NCBI GenBank assembly: GCA_964447765.1
Contig: CAYUTO010000002.1
Location: 148,316 to 212,315, forward strand
DNA length: 64,000 nt
Reading direction: 5' to 3'
Source: an uncultured Gammaproteobacteria bacterium
GTDB lineage: Bacteria > Patescibacteriota > Patescibacteriia > Magasanikbacterales > UBA922
How positions within the stretch are numbered: the stretch's first letter is position 1; every line of letters starts with the position of its first letter. The notes under the pieces were generated by a model, which saw only the letters and a list, made by a program, of their open reading frames with translations, had not been told where the DNA came from and ran no database searches. A program made the translations under genes and the position numbers. Below, piece after piece: positions 1 through 5,934 of this stretch.

Positions 1-124
1 ACGGCGTGGTCGCACGACGCGGCCCCCAATACTGGAGAATGGGCGATGTTTCGAAAGAAATATCGCCCCTCGCACAACGCATATCAGTCTCTGGTATACG
101 ATGACGAGAAAAGCAGTAGATACC

Positions 125-153
125 TTGACAAACGAGCTTATATATGCTATAAT
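125..153 (+). promoter_or_regulatory. sigma70-like promoter: TTGACA (125-130), 17-nt spacer, TATAAT (148-153). It would drive the long-leader transcript of lipoprotein gene 445-1782.
   Basis: Exact consensus hexamers with a 17-bp spacer were read directly. They lie in an AT-rich segment upstream of the first high-GC ORF. Confidence 0.6.
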
Positions 154-444
154 AAGCTGTTATAAAATAAAGAAGTGCCAGGGGAGTAGGTATAGGTACC
201 TAAGTCCACGGTAGGCCATCATAGATACTATGGTGACCCATACGAACCTTACAATTTACGCGAAAATGCAAATAGGGTAAAGAACAGGTCTAAGCTATCC
301 GTGGCGTGAAGAAAGAAGTCTTATACAAGAATTTTTTCTTAGCGTCACGAGGTAGTTCAAGGCGTGAACTCCTCGTGTAGTACGAGAGAGTATAGTTCTA
401 AAACCCCCAAAGACCGGCATCAAAAACCGGCAAAGGCAAACGTC

Positions 445-1782
445 ATGAAGAAGATCAATGTCATGCTCGACCGCATCTGCGGTGTCATCATGCTCCCGGC
501 CCTCATCGTCATCCTGTTCACGCTCACGACCGCCTACGGCGGCTGCGCGGACCACGGCGGCGCCGAAACGGTCATCCAGAAGGGAGACAAGGGCGAGCAG
601 GGTGAACCTGGTACGCCCGGCACGAACGGCACCGATGGTGTCGATGGTGAGAAGGGCGACCCCGGCGAGCCGGGACCGCAAGGTCCGCAGGGCGAAGACG
701 GCGAGGACGCGGTCCTCCCGTTCGAGGTGTGCGCCTCGGTGGCCGACTGTGTCGGTACCGAGAAGTGCACGAGTCAGGGGCTCTGCATCGAGCCCGGAGC
801 CACCGGACCGCAAGGTCCGCAGGGTAATTCGGGCGAAGATGGCGAAGATGGCGAGGACGGCGAAGACGCGGTCCTCCCGTTCGAGCGCTGCTCAAGCGAC
901 AACGACTGCGACCAGAACGAGGACTGCAATTCGCAGGGCCTCTGCCTGCCGCAGGCGACCACCGAGTGCTCGGTTGGCCAGGTGCAAACCTCGGCTTGCG
1001 GAGTGAACAATCGTGGTTCGCAGACGCGAGTTTGCGGAAGCAATGGCAGCTGGGGCTCGTGGAGTGCGTGCAACAGCACGGACGTGTGTGTCGATGGACA
1101 GATTCGTTCCGTCGAGTGCGCCTCGGGTCACGTGGGCAACTACCCCGAAGAGCGATGTGTCAATGGTCACTGGCAGATGTACGGCGCGTGCAACAACGAC
1201 GCGCAGTGCACGGTCGGCGAGACTGAATACACCGACTGCGGCCTCAACAACAATGGAAACCGAGTGCGTACTTGCACGAGCGACCGTAGCTGGAGCTCGT
1301 GGGGCGCGTGCAACGATCCGGACGTCTGCGTCGATGGCGCGGTCGAAACTCAGTCCTGCGGCACCAACAACGCCGGTACGCGTCAGCGCACCTGTGGTGG
1401 TGGTCAGTGGGGTAGCTGGGGAACGACTTGCGTTATGCCGCAGGGTGAGCTCGTGACCATCACGGTCACCTCACCTCAGGCAGCTGAGGCGCACGTCTAC
1501 TACGGCGATGGGTTCGACGACTTCGGGAACACGACCTTCACGGTCTCGGTTCCGAAGTCGGAAGCCTGTAGCTGGGGAGTCGAGGTTGACCTTCGCGTCG
1601 CGAAGTCGACCAAGGAAACGATGCCCTGGTACAACTGCACCGCACAGGACGCGAGCGTGCCGAGTTTCTCGGGCGTGAAGGTCTTCGTGAACGGTACAGA
1701 GATCGTCTGGACCATCGTCTCCCATCCGTGGGAGTGCGGGGGTAACCTGCAGGTCACCCGAGCGCAGCTCGGCTGTCTGTAA
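445..1782 (+). CDS. High-GC secreted lipoprotein (family member 1). It has a signal peptide with a lipobox-like ...TTAYGGC, then collagen-like G-X-Y tracts, four thrombospondin type-1-like Cys/Trp repeats, and the conserved C-terminal family domain.
   Basis: The ORF track gives 364-1782, but the ATG at 445 (MKKINVML...) is preceded by AAAGG and followed by a hydrophobic signal sequence. G-X-Y repeats read GEQGEPGTPGTNGTDGVDGEKGDPGEPGPQGPQGEDGED. Repeats have the form CG.NN.G.R.RTC....W.SW..CN..DVCVDG. The C-terminus ...ACSWGVEVDL...WYNC...VNG...LGCL is shared with the paralogs. GC-rich third codon positions contrast with the flanks. Confidence 0.8.
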   Translation: MKKINVMLDRICGVIMLPALIVILFTLTTAYGGCADHGGAETVIQKGDKGEQGEPGTPGTNGTDGVDGEKGDPGEPGPQGPQGEDGEDAVLPFEVCASVADCVGTEKCTSQGLCIEPGATGPQGPQGNSGEDGEDGEDGEDAVLPFERCSSDNDCDQNEDCNSQGLCLPQATTECSVGQVQTSACGVNNRGSQTRVCGSNGSWGSWSACNSTDVCVDGQIRSVECASGHVGNYPEERCVNGHWQMYGACNNDAQCTVGETEYTDCGLNNNGNRVRTCTSDRSWSSWGACNDPDVCVDGAVETQSCGTNNAGTRQRTCGGGQWGSWGTTCVMPQGELVTITVTSPQAAEAHVYYGDGFDDFGNTTFTVSVPKSEACSWGVEVDLRVAKSTKETMPWYNCTAQDASVPSFSGVKVFVNGTEIVWTIVSHPWECGGNLQVTRAQLGCL

Positions 1783-1802
1783 ACAACGCATTTCGCGTAA
1801 AG

Positions 1803-1898
1803 CTTTGAGTAAATAGCGACGTACTCAAAGTTCAATTCAACCAAGTCGCGGTAGGCAGGACTCGCTGGTGAAATACACTAGCTGGAGTCCTGCCTACC
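1803..1898 (+). other. Two strong GC-rich stem-loops directly after the gene-1 stop. One has a 9-bp stem (1803-1830) and one a perfect 14-bp stem (ggtaggcaggactc / gagtcctgcctacc, 1850-1898). Neither has a U-tract.
   Basis: The inverted repeats were read directly. They could be a 3' mRNA stabiliser or a Rho-dependent/processing site. Function is not established. Confidence 0.4.
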
Positions 1899-2049
1899 AC
1901 TCCAACATATCTTTATCAACATTCAGAACTCAGATTACAGTGAGCGACTAGTGAAAAATTGGTAAAGAGATGTGGGAATGAAAATTGCAAGTCCATCGAA
2001 AGATGGTTCGATGTTACCCTAACCGCGTGGACAGAAATGTTACGCGCGG

Positions 2050-2076
2050 AAAAAACCCGCGTATGCGGGTTTTTTG
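2050..2076. terminator. Rho-independent terminator, probably bidirectional: A-run, cccgc-gtat-gcggg, T-run.
   Basis: The sequence aaaaaacccgcgtatgcgggtttttt has a GC stem, a 4-nt loop, and flanking A and T runs. Confidence 0.6.
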
Positions 2077-2164
2077 AAAACTATCTCACACTCTTGCAAC
2101 ATGAATATGTGGTGTATCAAGAGTGGGAGAGAGAATTTTTTTTACAACACCCACGGAGAAGCTC

Positions 2165-3157
2165 ATGCCTACTTGGTTTCTTATTTTGATGGCACTGCTC
2201 CTCGGAGCATGCCAAGATGCAGTTGTCGGAGGAATCCGGCAGCTCGACGAAACCTCCAACCTCATGTTGTCAGAAGACAGTCGAGATACCTGGGTCGCGG
2301 AAGATGCCTACCCGGACACCATGATCGAGGATCCAACGATCGTGACTGATGCAACTCCCTACGACACCACTTCTGAAGTGGATACGAGGGACGTGGCAGA
2401 CACGGTCGCGGAAGTCGACGTGATCATTCCGGATTCAACTCCGGAGACGATCGAAGACATCGGACAAGAAGTCGTAGATACGACCGTGCCAGAAACCATC
2501 GGGGATACTGCGTCTGTACCTGATACGGTACTCGAGGTCGATACTGCTACGCCGGAGTGCGAAGATGACTTCGGTTGTGAAGATGACGACGACTGTACTC
2601 TCGACTCCTGCGAGAATTTCTCGTGCGTGCACGAGGAGAATACTTTGTGTGTCGCAGATACTGATGGTGATGGAATCGTTGATATCGATGACGTCTGTCC
2701 GCTGCAGCCCGAGTACTTCGATTACTTCGAAGACGACGATGGTTGTCCCGAGGCAGATCAAGATCATGATGGCTATACTCCTCTCGAAGGAGATTGCGGT
2801 GATGATCCGTCTCTCGGGAACGACCCGGCATCGTTCTGCTGGAACGAGTATGATGGCTACAATCTGCGCATACACTTCGGTGTAGGTGCAGACGAGCGGC
2901 CGTCGTGCGACTTCTACTACGACGATGGCGAGTTTGTCGAAGGAGTGTTCTTCTTCGAGACCAATGGTGCATTCCTGATCGGCCCGCACATCGCGGGGAG
3001 TGATACTCCGGGTGACGGAGTGGACCAAGATTGTGACGGGTCAGCAGACGATCCAGGAGAGTACGGACTCACGGAGCCCGACTGCATCTGGTGGCTCTTC
3101 GAAGACGACTCTAAAGAGGTCTCGTGTTGGTGGATGGAATTCGTCCCCACACCCTAG
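2165..3157 (+). CDS. High-GC, very acidic (D/E-rich) secreted lipoprotein (family member 2). It has a classic lipobox LLLGAC and a thrombospondin type-3 / calcium-binding-like DTDGDGIVDIDDVCP motif.
   Basis: The ORF track gives 2123-3157. The ATG at 2165 (MPTWFLILMALLLGAC) is preceded by GGAGA at -8. Composition and codon usage are high-GC. The C-terminal region only loosely resembles the shared family domain. Confidence 0.7.
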   Translation: MPTWFLILMALLLGACQDAVVGGIRQLDETSNLMLSEDSRDTWVAEDAYPDTMIEDPTIVTDATPYDTTSEVDTRDVADTVAEVDVIIPDSTPETIEDIGQEVVDTTVPETIGDTASVPDTVLEVDTATPECEDDFGCEDDDDCTLDSCENFSCVHEENTLCVADTDGDGIVDIDDVCPLQPEYFDYFEDDDGCPEADQDHDGYTPLEGDCGDDPSLGNDPASFCWNEYDGYNLRIHFGVGADERPSCDFYYDDGEFVEGVFFFETNGAFLIGPHIAGSDTPGDGVDQDCDGSADDPGEYGLTEPDCIWWLFEDDSKEVSCWWMEFVPTP

Positions 3158-3167
3158 ACCTGCAGCA

Positions 3168-3234
3168 CGCGGGGAGGAAAGCGCTATATACGGCTAGCCA
3201 TACGTGGCTTCCGATAGCGCCGACCTCTCCCGCG
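3168..3234 (+). other. Nested GC-rich stem-loop after the gene-2 stop. The outer arms are cgcggggagg / cctctcccgcg, the middle stem gcgctat/atagcgc, the inner stem agcca/tggct. There is no U-tract.
   Basis: The inverted repeats were read directly. Confidence 0.4.
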
Positions 3235-3251
3235 TACACTTACTCTATCGT

Positions 3252-3285
3252 TTGACAGTTCCTAGTTTTTATGCTAGGTTATAAT
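3252..3285 (+). promoter_or_regulatory. Promoter region for lipoprotein gene 3. It is homologous to the gene-4 promoter (TTGACA, 17 nt, TAGGTT, then an overlapping TATAAT).
   Basis: It aligns base-for-base with the gene-4 promoter around ...gctag[ga]tta...tgtattttgaa. The -10 is weaker than consensus. Confidence 0.4.
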
Positions 3286-3612
3286 GTATTTTGAACTTCG
3301 CATTTCGGCTGTCTGTACTATAAAAATAGTACAGGTGTACGGTATGCGGCACTTGAAAAATATTCGAGTGCTGGATCTTTGAAAAAATAGAAACGCACAG
3401 TCCAGATAGGAACTATTCGTCTGCCACAGTGGCAAGGACGTATGTACTATCGAGAGACTGTAAAGGAGGTATAGACAGCAAAGGTTTTGCTGTCTAGAAA
3501 TGTGGGTATCCTTAGAGTACAAGTCCGGATAAACAGTCGTCACAAGTCGTGGCGAGCATGTGAAATCTGGATGAACTGCCACACACCAAACACACGTGGC
3601 AAGGGGAATATC

Positions 3613-5442
3613 ATGAAGTTCAATACCAAGCCCATCATCCTGATGGGCTCCGCTCTGCTCGCACTCGCGAGTCTGAGCAGTGGGTGCGCTGATCACACGC
3701 CGGATGAGCTGGTCGTGGTCCAAGCGCCGGTCGTCGACATCGACAACGACGGAGTTCTCGACAATCTCGACAACTGCGACGATGTGCCGAACGAAGACCA
3801 AGCTGATACCGACAACAACGGTGTCGGTGATGCCTGTCAGGCAGACGACGACAGCGACGGTCACCTCGATGGTGCCGACAACTGCCCGCTCGTTTCGAAC
3901 AGTGACCAGCACAACCACGACGGCCCGGGCAACCTCAACTCGATCGTGACGACCGACACCATGGGTGACGCGTGCGATCCCGACGACGACAACGACGGGA
4001 TCTGCGATCAGGATGTGCCGGAAGGTACGGTTGGATGCGTCTACTACGACGATCATCCGGACAACTGCGAGGGTACGCCCAATCCGTTGCAGGAAGACCT
4101 CGACAACGACTACTTCGGCGACGCCTGCGACAACGACTGGGATGGTGACAACGTCCACAATGACGATGACACCTGCCCGTTCCTGCGCAACCAGGGTGAA
4201 GGACCGCAGAAGGACTCGGACAGCGACGGCGACGGCGACCTGTGCGACGATGATGACGATGGCGACGGTATCCCCGACGTCAGCGACAATTGTCCTCTGC
4301 ACTGCAACCCCGAGCAGGTCAACATGGACACCAGCGACGGTAACACCGATACCGAGGGAGATATCTTCGGCGACGAGTGCGACACCGATCCTGATGGCGA
4401 CGGCGTCATGAACTTCCACATGTGGCAGATGCCGCCGTGGTCGTGCGATGACGACGACAACTGCACGGTCGATCTCGACTGCGGTGACGACGACAACTGC
4501 ACCGACGACTGGTGCTACATGCCAGAAGATGGCAACGTCACCGCGAACTACTGGACCTGCCAGAACACCATCGACCTCGAGAACGAGGGTTGTATGGAGC
4601 CGCAGTGCTCCACCAACACCGACTGCCCGAGCGATGGTAACCCGTGCACCGACGAATGGTGCGACATGGGTGTCTGTGCGGTCTTGAACAACACGGCATC
4701 TTGTGCCGACTCCGACCTCTGCGATGGGGCCGAAGTCTGCGCCGGTGGTGTGTGTACGGACCAGGCGGATCTGGTCTGCAACGACAACAACTCCTGCACC
4801 GACGACACTTGTGTCCCGGCTACGGGTTGTTCCTACATGAGCGACGACACGAACGTGTGCGTCGACGCCAACCTCTGTAACGGCACTGAGACTTGCGTCT
4901 CGGGCGTCTGTACCGATCAGGCGGATCTGAGCTGCAACGACGAGGATGGCACTACGGCCGACTCGTGCGATCCCTCCACGGGATGCGTGCATACTCCGAT
5001 CGGAGGAGCGTGCACGGTCAATGCGAACTGCAACGACGGTGATCCGTTGACCTACGACACGTGCGTCTCGCTCGTCTGCCAGTATGCGCCGGGCATTCGC
5101 GTGCAGGTCTCGTCGACCGATGTGTCGGAGGCTTGGCAGGTCAACTTCTACTACAACGGCACGACGATCTCCGGCAACCTGCCCTTCGACGGCACCTTGC
5201 CGAAGACTCAGTCCTGTGACTGGGGTGTCGATCTCGCGGTCAATCGTCCCAGTACCAACCTGTACTGGGATTGCAACCCGGGGTTCCCCTCGAAGTCGAC
5301 CTTGACCGTCATGGTCAACGGCGTCACGAAGACGAACCAGTTCATGCAGCGCGCTTCGGCATGCGGCAATGCTGCACCGGGCAACCTGTACCTGTCGGAC
5401 GAGACGGGGGACAACGACCTCGGCTGCCCGGCCGCTCCTTAG
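3613..5442 (+). CDS. High-GC secreted lipoprotein (family member 3). It has a signal peptide with lipobox LSSGC, a long array of thrombospondin type-3-like calcium-binding repeats (D.D.DG..D..DNCP...N.DQ.D), Cys-rich CxDxNxC repeats, and the conserved C-terminal family domain.
   Basis: The ORF track gives 3487-5442. The ATG at 3613 (MKFNTKPIILMGSALLALASLSSGC) is preceded by AAGGGG. Repeats include DNDGVLDNLDNCDDVPNEDQADTDNNGVGDAC. The C-terminus reads ...SCDWGVDLAV...WDCNPG...VNG...NLYL...LGCP. Confidence 0.8.
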   Translation: MKFNTKPIILMGSALLALASLSSGCADHTPDELVVVQAPVVDIDNDGVLDNLDNCDDVPNEDQADTDNNGVGDACQADDDSDGHLDGADNCPLVSNSDQHNHDGPGNLNSIVTTDTMGDACDPDDDNDGICDQDVPEGTVGCVYYDDHPDNCEGTPNPLQEDLDNDYFGDACDNDWDGDNVHNDDDTCPFLRNQGEGPQKDSDSDGDGDLCDDDDDGDGIPDVSDNCPLHCNPEQVNMDTSDGNTDTEGDIFGDECDTDPDGDGVMNFHMWQMPPWSCDDDDNCTVDLDCGDDDNCTDDWCYMPEDGNVTANYWTCQNTIDLENEGCMEPQCSTNTDCPSDGNPCTDEWCDMGVCAVLNNTASCADSDLCDGAEVCAGGVCTDQADLVCNDNNSCTDDTCVPATGCSYMSDDTNVCVDANLCNGTETCVSGVCTDQADLSCNDEDGTTADSCDPSTGCVHTPIGGACTVNANCNDGDPLTYDTCVSLVCQYAPGIRVQVSSTDVSEAWQVNFYYNGTTISGNLPFDGTLPKTQSCDWGVDLAVNRPSTNLYWDCNPGFPSKSTLTVMVNGVTKTNQFMQRASACGNAAPGNLYLSDETGDNDLGCPAAP

Positions 5443-5443
5443 A

Positions 5444-5646
5444 ACCTCTCCTGCCTCGGCAGGAGACACCACGAAGCGATGTATGATTCGCTTCTGTAGG
5501 TGACGTTCGACGACGATCATACAACAACCCGGGGAAGTGCGCGTGCTACGGCACCCGCTTCCCCCTCTCTACTCTGAATTCAAGTACGATCTTGAAGATA
5601 GAGTAAAGAATAACAAAAAACTCCTGAGAATATTCAGGAGTTTTTT
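5444..5646 (+). repeat. Copy A of a ~200-bp conserved structured 3' element. It has five hairpins and ends in a terminator. The second copy is at 8229-8428.
   Basis: It is near-identical (a handful of substitutions) to 8229-8428. Hairpins include ctcctgcc-tc-ggcaggag and gaagcga-tgtatgat-tcgcttc. Further hairpins are the nested ggggaag...[gtgc-tacg-gcac]...cttcccc and ttcaag-tacgat-cttgaa. The last is ctcctga-loop-tcaggag followed by T6. Confidence 0.7.
5615..5646. terminator. Bidirectional Rho-independent terminator: A6, ctcctga-gaatat-tcaggag, T6. It forms the 3' end of repeat copy A.
   Basis: The stem-loop is flanked by A-run and T-run. Confidence 0.7.
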
Positions 5647-5671
5647 GTATGGTAAAGGTGGGTATTTTGTC

Positions 5672-5700
5672 TTGACTTATTTCTTTTTGTGTGCTAGATT
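5672..5700 (+). promoter_or_regulatory. sigma70-like promoter: TTGACT (5672-5677), 17 nt, TAGATT (5695-5700). It serves lipoprotein gene 4.
   Basis: Hexamers and spacing were read directly. It is homologous to the gene-3 promoter. Confidence 0.65.
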
Positions 5701-5934
5701 ATCCTGTATTTTGAAAATCCCTGTAGCGTGTGTATTTTTTGTGTGCTAAGTACGTATGCTATGTCGCTCGAAGTATATTCGAGCGATTAGATGTTCTTTA
5801 CAGAATAGTTAGTTATTTTCACAGTCAGAGGATGGGTGTACGTATAGAGAAATACGTGTGTATATCCACCCTCTGACTGCGGAAGTTCCACAAGTTAGAG
5901 TTCGTGAGGCTAGTGTTCAAAGGAAGTCTTTAGA

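Noticed and set aside
364-444. Upstream-extended start (GTG at 364) for lipoprotein gene 1, and analogous 5' extensions of ORFs at 2123, 3487, 41590, 34396, 53401, 43237
   Set aside because: The extensions precede the signal peptide or overlap the upstream gene. Internal ATGs with Shine-Dalgarno sequences (445, 2165, 3613, 41731, 34444, 53422, 43246) give proper N-termini. These are a signal peptide, a GT-A start, and Met-Cys for the Ntn amidotransferase.
3274-5520. Very long antisense ORFs (for example 748 aa at 3274-5520 on the minus strand, 5980-6756 minus, 7018-7725 minus) and many alternative-frame ORFs overlapping the high-GC genes
   Set aside because: These are the usual stop-codon-poor artefacts of GC-rich sequence. 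Their translations are low-complexity Arg/Ala/Val-rich. They lack start contexts. They exactly shadow sense-strand genes that have signal peptides, promoters and Shine-Dalgarno sequences.
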